This document shows positions 1 through 10,745 of a DNA stretch of 64,000 nt, piece after piece. The DNA comes from Podarcis melisellensis. Its lineage: Eukaryota. Location: NCBI GenBank assembly GCA_964234715.1, contig OZ174289.1; one strand, 5' to 3'. A model generated the notes under the pieces. That model was not told where the DNA came from. It did no database searches and saw nothing but the letters and a program-made list of their open reading frames with translations. The number at the start of each line of letters is the position of its first letter. Position 1 is the first letter of the stretch. Made by a program: the position numbers and the translations under genes.

Positions 1-1642
1 GCAGAGGAAAAATTTCTCAAAACTACACAGGCAATCAGGGCACAGCACAGATATATATATATAGATAGATATATAGATATACCCAATGCATATAATATAA
101 AAAATATGCTGAAGAAATATACTACAGAATGGGACTTCATTTTCGCATATTATATGTAGAGAAAACATACTATTTTTAATATAATTTTATATAAAATTAA
201 AGAGCTTTACATATTTTTACTAGAATTTTACACTTTGCCTGCAATCTACCCATGATGGCTCAAATCTAGGGGAGATCAAGTTGATCCACCCCAGGTCAAT
301 TTGATGACCATCATCCTTCCTAGAATCCCATACTGAACAAGTTCAGGTGTGGAGCTAATGTTTAATTAGGGTGTTTGAACCCCAACATACTGCCAGGAGA
401 AGTGTGAGGCAAAATATTTTGTGACTTCATTCTTTTATTTGGGCTTCTTTGGGGGGGGGATACTCTAACATGAAACTCTCACGTGCTTTTAATTCCCTTT
501 GGTATCATCTGAATTAGCTCGCAAACCAATCTTCTTGCTGCTGCTTGTTGCAGAGATGGTGATAGGTCAATATGTACCTTAATTGAAATGCTCTTCTCAG
601 TCTTCATTCAGACATCCCCATTTCATTCTTCTTCACTAAATGATGATGAAATGAGCGTGTGAACTCTCGCCATATTGTGTTTTGAGATGACTTGAAGTGA
701 TGTGAAAAATCCCTGGGTGGTGACCTTCTGTTCTTGCACTTGCATCTTACAGTCAATTAGTGATGAACTTCTTTGGGTAAAACAGCCTCCAGTCTTGTTT
801 ATATTTTTGACTCTGTGCTGGCAGTGAGTTTGCTTTTCATTGTTTGTGGGCTTTTCTGCAGATGAATAGGCTTCAGTATCAGAAATGTTCAGCAGTGTTC
901 CAGCATCATCATCCCCTGCCAAGCTCAGCCTGTGCTTCCTTTTCTCCCTTTTGTACCACATAAAAGGCATTGTCATGTAACACAACCTAGACATAGACAT
1001 TTTGGAAAGCTAGCTCAGCTGCAAGGGTGTTTTTGCCAAGCCTAAAAAAGAGCAGTTATAAAAATGCATCAGAGCCAAAACTAAACATGTCAGTGTGCAT
1101 GCAAAACACCAAACTAATCAGAAATGTTTCCAGTTGCAAGAAGAAAATCCGGTGGCCCTGCCTGGGGATGGTTTTAACAGAATGGGTGCCACTGCAAAGA
1201 CAGCCCTAACTTAAATCTTTACCAGTTCTGCATCAAGGCTGGATTAATGTTCATGTGTGGAAGACCTTTTCAGAGATAAAATGCCTGAAGGGCTGTGAAG
1301 TGCATCACATACTTTCACCAACACCTTGAATTGTTCCTAGAAAAGATGAAAAATTCTGAACTGGTGTAACTTCGTATCTCATGTCTACTGCCTAGCTCTC
1401 TGATCTATTTGTCTTTGAATGATTTTGGTGCTTGTGGTATTATATGTTTGCATGCTTGTGGGGGGCAGTGGTGGGAGAAATGTGTGTAACATTTAGACTT
1501 CCTAGAGTTATAATGGTTATTTATTGGGAGTTGGTTTGAGTTGCTTTTGCAAGAAAAGTGACTGATAAGTTTAATACATAATAATTTCACTATGCAACAT
1601 TTTGATGCTAGATTTGATGTTTTATACATGGTTTGCATTTCT

Positions 1643-2840
1643 TTTTTAAAAATATTTTTAATTAACAGGCCAATCAAATTACATTAATTCCAAATCACAA
1701 TAATTCCAAATTACACAGCCAATTTTTTAAATTTTTTGTTGGGGGTACCCAAGCTTCGAGCTCCGAAAGGGATCCAATCATCTCTCTTGCTGCTGCTTTA
1801 ATTACACAGTTCTGTCAAAATAGTATTCACAGTTCTGTTCAATCTTCTCTTTGTTGTTTTCCTCATCTTCTTGTTGTTATCATATATTCCTTTCTTTGTG
1901 ATCTCTGATAGTCTCCACAAGCGGGTTGAAGACAAACATTGTTATATCCTGTGTGGATTTTACACTCATTCAAGAGCCATAAAAATAGACAGACCCCATT
2001 TCAACACCTCCATACAAAGCATTCCGACAGTCTGTCCTGATCTCCCCAGGCCCGCCGCTCCCTCATAAATTTTCTCAGGGGGCCCTGCTAGGCCGAACCC
2101 ACATTCCAAAATAGTAACAGCAATAGTCCTCCTCCCCCTGAATCCTCCTGCGGGCGGGCCTGCCATAGTAAATCTCTTTATGACTGCGTCACAAAGAACT
2201 TACTTTCGTTTTCAGATGATCCCATAAGCCACATCCTTGCTCATTCATTCATTCATTCATTCTTGCCTAGTAATTAATTTCCACACAGTTCTTAATTCTC
2301 CTGCTTGTGATCAGTAATTGCAACTATTTTTTTTTGGGGGGGGGTGTTATTGGGTACTCACATAAGACAAAAAAGAAAAGTTTTTCTTCCCCCTCCTTTT
2401 CAGTCTCACTCCGACATACCGATCCTTTGATGAATCTTCTTCTTGATTTATTCGTCTTCTTGATTTATTGTTAAGTCCAGCCTGTCGCTCCACTTCCCAG
2501 AGATCCCTTTAGTTAGCAGTATTTACTCTCGATCTTCGCTTGAAGTATGTGTGTTTGCTTCTTTCTAATTGTTTATTTTGAGCTCCCGCAACTAGCTGGG
2601 CAGATCAGAGACAGCGTCCAGGAGAGCCAACCCACACGAGGGCTTTTGAGCCTAGTGCCCTCACCCCCTTCTTTCAAATCCGGGGGTGAATTATGGGCAC
2701 AGCAGGCAAGGCAGTGTTCCCCATTTGCTTGGGGTAACGAGGGAGGCTGCATACTCACATAACAGCCTCTTAATTACCTAGTGTGGGCCGGAGAGATGGT
2801 ATTGTCGGCCATCTTCCAATGCGCCCCCTAGCGGCCCCCC
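1643..2840 (-). mobile_element. Non-autonomous, internally deleted L1-like retroelement (~1.2 kb) with intact 5' end
   Basis: Direct repeat TGCATTTCT at 1634-1642 and 2841-2849. On the element strand the target reads TT|AGAA, like the L1 endonuclease site TT|AAAA. The 5' end is GC-rich (GGGGGGCCGCTAGGGGGCGCATTGGAAGATGGCCG) and the 3' end is A-rich. No long ORF. Confidence 0.8.
2807..2836 (-). promoter_or_regulatory. Adjacent CTCF-like (GGCCGCTAGGGGGCGC) and YY1-like (AAGATGGCCG) motifs at the L1-like 5' terminus
   Basis: Motif matches read directly from the sequence; YY1 sites at L1 5' termini are established. Binding is not shown. Confidence 0.6.
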
Positions 2841-3289
2841 TGCATTTCTAATTCTTATTTATTTTACTTACACATTGTGCTGAGATATATACTATTGCTT
2901 GCATTACTTAAGATGTGGATTGATGATGGTTAGTGGTCCTAGCAGTTGTAGCAACGAACAGTTCTAGTAGTATTGATTAGTATGGAATGTATGATTCCCA
3001 GAAATGCTTGCAGCATCCTTATTCAGAGTATAGTAGTAATTTCAAGAAGCTGAAAAGTATATGAACAGAGTCCAGAGCATAGCCTAAGATTACTGTATCA
3101 TGTGCCTTTGGTTAATATTCCAAGATCTTCAGTAACATTCAGGTAATATGTGTCTTTTTCACCTTCTGCATTGCTGATATGTGCATGAACATTTATAGGA
3201 CACTGCTAAATGACTGCAGAAAGAGATAATTCAATTTCCTCTTATGTCACAGTAGCCTCCACTGACATTCAGGAGGGCATACCCATATC

Positions 3290-3830
3290 TGTAAAACATT
3301 GCGGATGTGGGTGCTAGACACCATAAATCCCCGGGTCCAGTAAGTGGTAGAATTTAATCAAAGCAAGTGTTAAAATATAAGCTAGGCCAGTTTTTTGAGC
3401 AGGAAATCGCCTTGGGTCATAGCTATTTGGAAGACAAAAGGAAGGTCATGAGCCATTAGGAAAGCCAAAACAGAGGGGACCCCTTTTGCTTACAGAAGAA
3501 CAAAAGCCAGAGTTTAGAGTTGACTGGAATGTGACTAGGAGGGAAAAGGTTGCAGTCTGGTAAAGGTGGCAAGGTAGAGAGAGTGTGAGAGCCATGGCTG
3601 ATGTCTGTTTGAATCCAGAGCTATGCCTATGGGAGAAGCAAGAACCTCTTGGGGTGTTGTTGCTGTGAACTCCTCCATCAGGTTGTATTGATGTGTAAAT
3701 ACAATATATATCATAAAGACACCACAGTCTCCTCTGTGCTTCTTTCCCAAAAGGAAACACGGACCCTGGGTAAGTGCACCTAGAACTCCTGAAAACTTGC
3801 ACCACTCAGAGATGAAAGTGGTCTGCAACT
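3290..3830 (+). mobile_element. Solo LTR-like element, family A
   Basis: Begins TGTAAAAC and ends TGCAAC(T). Shares ATAAAGACACCACAGTCTCC and the downstream block with the inverted copy at 62573-63162. Flanks ATATC/ATATA may be a decayed TSD. Confidence 0.6.
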
Positions 3831-4534
3831 ATATACATAAATGTTTGTGCGTGTATAGCTTTTGTAGTGTTTTATCAATACACGCTTTGGCAACAGTAAA
3901 GCAATGCAAATGAATGCAGGAACTGAAGCATTCTGAAAACGATGCACACTCTAATTATGGATTTATTTATTTTTTAAATGACTAGTTGTCAGGTGGATGC
4001 CAGCAACTCCCACGGCCAGTTGCCCAGGAAAGCACAAAGACAAGGAATGTTTCTTACCATCTGCTTTTTATTCAGTATTTACAGAGAGAGGCTTTGGAAC
4101 CCAGCCTCTTGGATAATGTCATTGTCTTGAGTGACTCTCCACCCCCTCAGTCTCTCCTACATCCTCACGCATCATCCCTATGGGTACTGATAAGTGCCCT
4201 CTGCTTTTGAGCTCTTTGCTCTCCTACTTTCAAGGTTCGCCATGTTCTGGGAGAGGAGGGATCTGGAATGCTTTCTAAAGACACTGTGTCTGTCAGCTGT
4301 CACCCCCCTGGTGCTTCCTCTTTCTCCTTCTCCTCATCCTCTCCCATTATTTCCCAGCTTCTCCCCTCATCTGCTTCTGAACTGTGACCTCACTCAAACC
4401 CCTGTTGTAATTCTGAACTGTCTTCCTCTTCTCTGGAAGGGTCAGGTTGGGGAGGCAGTCTCCAGCATTCTTCCTCAGCCCAGTCCCTGATACTAGTAAA
4501 CCCAGTGTTTAGGAACGGTGCAGGGAATTTGGGA

Positions 4535-4660
4535 AGCTTCCTTAGACTGAGTCAGACCATTGGACCATTTAGCTCAGTGTTATCTGCATTGACTGGCAGT
4601 GGCACTACAATATTTCAGAAAGGGAGGCATCTCCAACTCTAGCTGGAGATTCCATTGCTC
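4535..4660 (-). mobile_element. Decayed tRNA-derived SINE
   Basis: Reverse-complement similarity (GACTGAGTCAGACCATTGG...TAGCTCAGT) to copies at 44863-45030 and 55935-55998. Confidence 0.55.
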
Positions 4661-5014
4661 TTTGATTGAGCTCTGGCTTTTCCCTAAGTAAGGGAAGAAG
4701 AGTGAAGCTGCAGAGCAAAAAAGGAACAGAACAAGGGAAATCTACCCATTGATAATGTCACATAAAAGAAACTATGATATTTTATATTAACTTTCTTTTT
4801 TTTTTTCTTTTGTAAACCTGATAACCTTTGTGCCTTTTCTATATGCTTTGTACAAATTCAGGAGCCTAGTAAAAAAAAAGTCACAGTAACTTTCAGTTCT
4901 GAACACAGTGGGGCACTTTCATGCGGCTGTTTTAATACTGAATATTGAGAGAGTCAAAATTTCTTAGTGATTTTCTTCTGCATGAATACTGTTTATGTGA
5001 AATTGTCCGTAGAC

Positions 5015-5142
5015 TGGGGCAGCCACAGGGGTGGCCTTGGACTACAACTCCCATGAAACCTAGTCAGCATGGCCAGCAGTCAGGGACTGTGGGAGTTGTA
5101 GTCCAACAAAATTGGGAGAGCACTATGTTAGCTATTCCTGTC
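5015..5142. mobile_element. Palindromic MITE
   Basis: Perfect 17-bp inverted arms TTGGACTACAACTCCCA (5037-5053) and TGGGAGTTGTAGTCCAA (5090-5106); a related decayed copy lies near 53715-53815. Confidence 0.65.
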
Positions 5143-6214
5143 TTAGATGAATGAGAAAGTGGTATGGCTTGGGAAGGGGTAGGATTTACTGTTCTGTGTT
5201 AAGTATGCTAAAGGTAGATACAACATTTTTTAAATAATATTTTGTTGTTTTCTGGTTCCTACTCTACATATGCACCAGCACTCCAGGAAAGGCATAAATC
5301 TGTGTGTAGATGGAACATGGACATGATGCACACACCACAATGCATTAAGGGCTGTGTTGAAGGAACAACATGAGGGAAAGGCCTCTTCTTTCTCATTGTA
5401 AGCAAAACGTGCTCGAACAAAACTGACGACCTTGAAAGATAAGACTGTAATGAAGCAGAAACACTTTTCCTTTTCAAGCTGATGGCTGATTTTTATCAGA
5501 TGCTTTTGGAAATGGTATCAGAGTGCCGATGTGGACACTTATTGCACTTGTGCAATTCCAGTTTCCCAGGCAAGCCATTTTATTTTTATTTCATTTTTTT
5601 TTACTGGGCTTATCTTCTGTCATTCTTTGAAACTGAAGCTTTGCTTAGAACATTAATTTCGATAGACATTCATGCCTCAAATGCCCATATGCATTGTGTG
5701 CGTATTTTCGTTAAAAGAGACTGATATATAATTGGCTTTTCTTACTGGAATCATAGAGAACATATAAATTATTGATTGTGCCTACACTCCTCGCATAAAG
5801 ATACGGGATACAGTAATTGGGTTTAACTATGGGGCACTTATTCTACTTCATGTCTGATCTGCAACATAGGAAGCAGTTCCGCCAACTTCTCCCAACTGAA
5901 AACTGCATACAATATTTTCCCACTTGTAAAGACTGTGAGGTTGAACCCTCCAAACCCTGGATCATTAATGACATTGGGTTTTGCTCTTCATTGCTCACAC
6001 ACCTTAAAGGTGTACAGGACCATAACAGGATCTTCAGCCACTACTTAGTGAGCACTAGAGCCAAGGAGGTCATCATACTCTGTCCCAGAACCTCACTAGG
6101 CAATTGGCTGGTGAGAGGTGAATTTGGGTAAGTTTTTGTTTACCAGCCTGATGTATTAGGATGGTCACATCCATACCATATATTTAAACCACCCTTATAC
6201 CACTTTAACAATTG

Positions 6215-6345
6215 AGGCTTCTCCCAAAGAATCCGGGGAACTCTAGCTTGTTAAGGGTGCTGCAGACTGTATCTAATAAGACTCCTACCAACCCTCAGCT
6301 CCCTTATCAAACTACAGTTCCCAAGATTCTTTTGGGGAAGACATG
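6215..6345. mobile_element. Palindromic MITE
   Basis: Imperfect inverted arms CTTCTCCCAAAGAATCCGGGGAACTCTAG and CTACAGTTCCCAAGATTCTTTTGGGGAAG. Confidence 0.55.
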
Positions 6346-6613
6346 GCTGTTCATGTGCTACATGTGTGAAAGGGTGTGTGAAGAAGCCAGCTTACTATAG
6401 GAAGGTAAAATTCACAATCATTTTTCCATGCTTTCTTCACTTCTTTCTCTGGTCTCCCCCACCAACAGCTTATGTGCCCTGAAAGATCGCCCAGAGGGCA
6501 ATGTAACCTGAACACTAACAGCAGTCCCCCGCCCCCAGATGTATAGGGTTGATGCTGCTTCTCTTTCCTTTAAAGACAGCTTAGTTCTGAAGTAAGAGCT
6601 AAGATGAAATTTA

Positions 6614-6828
6614 CAGTGGTACCTCGGGTTAAGAACTTAATTCATTCCAGAGGTCCGTTCTTAAGCTGAAACTGTTCTTAACCTGAAGCACCACTTTAGC
6701 TAATGGGGCCTCCTGCTGCCACCGCTCCATTTCTGTTCTTATCCTGAAGCAAAGTTCTTAACCCAAGGTACTACTTCTGGGTTGGCGGAGTCTGTAACCT
6801 GAAGTGTCTGTAACCCGAGGTACCACTG
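6614..6828 (+). mobile_element. Tc1/mariner-superfamily (pogo/Tigger-like) MITE, copy 1
   Basis: TA|CAGTGGTACCTCGGGTTA...TAACCCGAGGTACCACTG|TA: TIRs plus TA target duplication; four copies in the window. Confidence 0.9.
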
Positions 6829-6930
6829 TAATTGTCAAGAGTTCTGGCTGGGAATCTGGGCAGGAGAAGTATCTTTCACCCCAGTGAGCAAACTTAGCAA
6901 CCCTGTGATCCCACTTGCTGTATCATGAAA

Positions 6931-7192
6931 CAGGGGTGAGCAAACTTTTTCAGCAGGGGGCCAGTCCACTGTCCCTCAGACCTTGTTGGGGGCCAGAATA
7001 TATTTGAGGCGGGTGGGAAATGAACAAATTCCTGTGCCCCACAAATAACCCAGAGATGCATTTTAAATAAAAGGACACATTCTACTCATGTAAAAACTGT
7101 AAAAACACACTGATTCCTGGACCATCCGTGGGCCAGATTTAGATGGTGATTGGGCCACATCTGGCCCCCGGGACTTAGTTTGCCTACCCATG
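6931..7192. mobile_element. hAT-like MITE
   Basis: Termini CAGGGGTGAGCAAACT and AGTTTGCCTACCCATG with GGGCC-rich subterminal repeats; no clean 8-bp TSD. Confidence 0.65.
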
Positions 7193-7520
7193 ATCAGAGC
7201 ATGAGTTTTTGGTCAATGCACCCAGCCGTACGCAAGGCACTGCCACTATTTTGTGTCTTGTTTCTGTCTTCTGCAGCTACAAACTGTCTATCAGGATCTG
7301 GATCTGGCAGCTCTATTGGCCCAGTATCTAATGATTTTCTAGTATGCAGTTTTGAAATCTGGAACATGGACTAATATTCGGAAGCCTGGCCATATGGCAC
7401 ACTGAGAACAACAGGCAGGTTTCAAATTACACCCTTAACTTAGCTTAAACATCTACTGTGAGATAACATGAATCTCCCCTGGCTTCACTTCTATGCTGCT
7501 GTCCAGGTTCATCTCCTTTA

Positions 7521-7762
7521 CAGTGGTACCTCTGGTTACATACGCTTCAGGTTACATACGCTTCAGGTTACAGACTCTGCTAACCCAGAAATACTACCTA
7601 GGGTTAAGTACTTTGCTTCAGGATAAGAACAGAAATTGGGCTCTGGCGGTGCGGCAGCAGCAGGAGGCCCCATTAGCTAAAGTGGTGCTTCAGGTTAAAG
7701 ACAGTTTCAGATTAAGTACAGACCTCCAGAACAAATTAAGTACTTAACCTGAGGTACCACTG
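7521..7762 (-). mobile_element. pogo/Tigger-like MITE, copy 2 (inverted relative to copy 1)
   Basis: TA|CAGTGGTACCTC...GAGGTACCACTG|TA, 242 bp. Confidence 0.9.
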
Positions 7763-8433
7763 TATTCTATTTCTGTTTCTCATTCATGCCTTGCTGCTCT
7801 CTGGAGCCACTTGCAGCCACTTGTTCATGCCTTGATTCCAGCCTTGTTCCTGAGCTTCCCAATCTTTATCCCAAAGCAGCAACTTCTTAGCTTTGGACTC
7901 ACTCTTTGATTCCATATTTAGGATTATTCTAGCTTTATTTTTCTGCCCCATTATTAAGTGCACCCTGCGCACTTATCTACAGGCTCTAATCAAATTACTG
8001 CCTGGCTGCTTATTGGAAGGTCTAACTGAAATGCTGAACTTCCCAAGTGAAGTTGGAGAGTGTTCATCTAAATATAAATCTGAAGGAAAACTCAACTGGC
8101 CTATCTGATCAAAGAAGCTAGCTTGCAAAATATATAGGTATTGTTATGTACTGAAGTTCTCACCCTGGGCCAGCAGGCGGATACTGCAGATAGTTATGCA
8201 AATAAGGGATTGAAAGTGACGTTCAGTGATTGGATAGTTTTAGAAAATTGTTACAGTTACATTGTACTGGAGCTCTATATAAGCAGGCTGACTGAACCCT
8301 TCAGTTCAGTTCAGTTCTGTCCTGGCGTGTGAATAAACAAGAGCTGTTTGAAGAGTCGCTGTGTCATCTGATATGTTCACCCACAACTTAACAGGTATTG
8401 TTCCCCATTTACTCACTAATGAAATTGAAGAGG

Positions 8434-8659
8434 CAGTGGCGGTGCCCCCTCCGACACTTGGCGTGGAGCTTGGCGTGGTTGGCCGCAGCTTGGCGTGGAG
8501 GTGGAGCTGCCACCTCTCCAACACTTCCACTCCAGAGCCAGCCTCAGCGCTGAAGTAGCAGGCACCAGGGGGTGACTGCACCGCCCCCGCCCACCCCTGG
8601 TGCACCCACCCCAGCGCGCTTGCCCACCCTCCCCAGGCGACAGTGACACAACACCCCTG
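8434..8659. mobile_element. GC-rich hAT-like MITE remnant
   Basis: Abrupt GC/CpG-rich block starting CAGTGGCG and ending ACACCCCTG, like the termini at 14084-14411 and 29509-29655; internal CTTGGCGTGG x3. Confidence 0.45.
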
Positions 8660-8959
8660 TGCAGTCCTGCTTTAAAATGCCATTTCCCGAAATGTCAAGC
8701 TGCTCGTGTGACTGTGTTTCTCTCTCACCAGCATTTGAGTCATCACTTTGCAAAGTTTGTCTCCTAACAGGAACCTCTTACTGCTTTGTCATAGGCTCAT
8801 TTCCATTCAGAAGCCTTTTGCTTTTTCAAGAGACTATGTTGTTTTGTTTATTCAGCTTAGATTTCAAACAATGCCTGCACAATAGCTGTTTGGTAAATTA
8901 TTTAATAGGCCAATACAAGGCTATCTTTGCGTTCATGGATTAAGCCAGATTGAATACAT

Positions 8960-9196
8960 TGTGGTGTAGTGGTTAAGAGCGATAGACTCGTAATCTGGTG
9001 AACCGGGTTCGCTTCTCCACTCCTCCACATGCAGCTGCTGGGTGACCTGGGGCCAGTCACACTTCTCTGAAGTCTCTCAGGCCCACTTACCTCACAGAGT
9101 GTTTGTTGTGGGGAAGTAAGGGAAAGGAGATTGTTAGCCGCTTTGAGACTCCTTAGGGTAGTGATAAAGCGGGATATCAAATCCAAACTCTTCTTC
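8960..9196 (+). mobile_element. Squam3-like tRNA-derived SINE
   Basis: A box TGGTGTAGTGG, B box GGGTTCGCTTC, (CTT)n tail; closely similar copy at 15043-15301. Confidence 0.85.
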
Positions 9197-10309
9197 ACTG
9201 TATTGTCCCATATTGCCCTTTTACAACTCACCTGGGAATATATTCCTCTATTCATTTTTGAATATTCTAGAAAGTCAATCTGATGTTTTCATAATTAAAT
9301 AGATGTTGGTCATTGTCAACAAGGGTAGCCTTATACATGTGCTACCAACAAGAAAGTTACAAACTACTTTCCTTTCCTTCCCCGCCCCCCTTTCTTTTTG
9401 CTCCAAACAGTGACTGCCCATGTTATTTTTCTTCTTCTTCTAAATGATTTAGGAAAACTTTACCATTTTAAGTTTTAATAACTTTCTCTCGAATCTGATT
9501 CACTTACTTTGGATAACAATAAAAGTTATTTGTAATACTATTTCTGTCAGTGGAAGAATACTACACATTTTAACCAATTAAAAAGACCCATGAAGACCCT
9601 TCTTGGGTGGGACAGTTTCATTTTGTAAACCTCAACTATTTGCTATGATGTAGTTTGTGTTGTGTATAAATGCTTGAAAAAGTAATGCTGTGTGTGCCAG
9701 AAGGGGATTTCATGTCAGGAAGACTTGATGTTTTTGAAGCAGATCTGAGAGTGTGTGAGAGAGATTTGCTAAACCATCTCTCTCCTCTCTGATTTGGAAC
9801 TCATCCATCCTTTCAACATTATATGTGTCTTACTCTTAATAATAGCCTTTGTTAATCAGGAAAAGAAATGACCCATCTAGTTCAATAACCAGTATCACAC
9901 ACTGCAGGGAAAATTTACTGTGGAATGGGACAATAATGAAGCATCCCATCTGTGGCATTCATTCTCAGGTGATGGCTTTTTGATGATTTGGGACACCATT
10001 ACTGTCTTATACTGTTTTGTACTTGCCATTTCCTTGATGACTTGGAAGTTTCATGAGGTTTTGTTCTTCTTCCCCAGGCTTAGTTTCTTTGTGAGGGAAA
10101 GCACTGAAGATACCTGGTGCATTTTGTAAAATCTGTTGACAAAGAAGTTGGGGGCAGGGGGAGAGAAGGCAGATACACAGAAGAGACAGCAGTAGTCTCC
10201 AAAGTATCAGTGGTTTTTTCTTTTTTTTAAAAAAGCATACTTTTGGGTGTGCCACAAGACTTCTTTTTGTCAACCATCTGTAAAGCTAAGATTTCTTTTC
10301 TCATCACAG

Positions 10310-10745
10310 ACTGCTAAGGCGTAGACCCTATACAAATCTGGAGTGGAGTCCTAAGATGTTTGGATGCTGCCTTATATGCCTCCTTCTGGCAACTCCTGCA
10401 GCCAAGCTGGTGTCAAATGTATTGCTCTGCTTTCCTTTGGACCACATCAGCAAGGACGGGAGAAGGGCGTCTTGTTGTCTGGGCAGTCCAGGACCTCCAT
10501 ACACACTGCCCTGGCTTGCACCCTGGGGAGGTCACTTCTCCTTAGCCTTTTCTTCTCCTGAAGATGTCCTGCTAGGCAGTGGGTATGGCTCTTTTCCTCG
10601 GGGTTTGCCCCCAAAGCATTTCTCACAATAGTCGCAAGGCAGCAGAGGTTTAGGATCAAAGTTTTCCTTCTCCCAGATGGACTACCTTCCCTGGTGGACG
10701 AGCCCCATCTGCTCCTCATTTCCCTCTACAGCAGGTGCAGAAAGA
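10310..10745 (-). mobile_element. Non-autonomous retroelement fragment, possibly derived from an RTE 5' UTR
   Basis: Clear homology to 54260-54435 (GGACCTCCATACACACTGCCC.GGCTTG); the minus strand carries GGAGAAGGAAAACT, which I recall from RTE-type 5' UTRs. Confidence 0.5.

Noticed and set aside
8960-9035. tRNA gene (also 15043, 31181, 44863)
   Set aside because: A/B boxes belong to SINE heads followed by SINE bodies; no cloverleaf evident.
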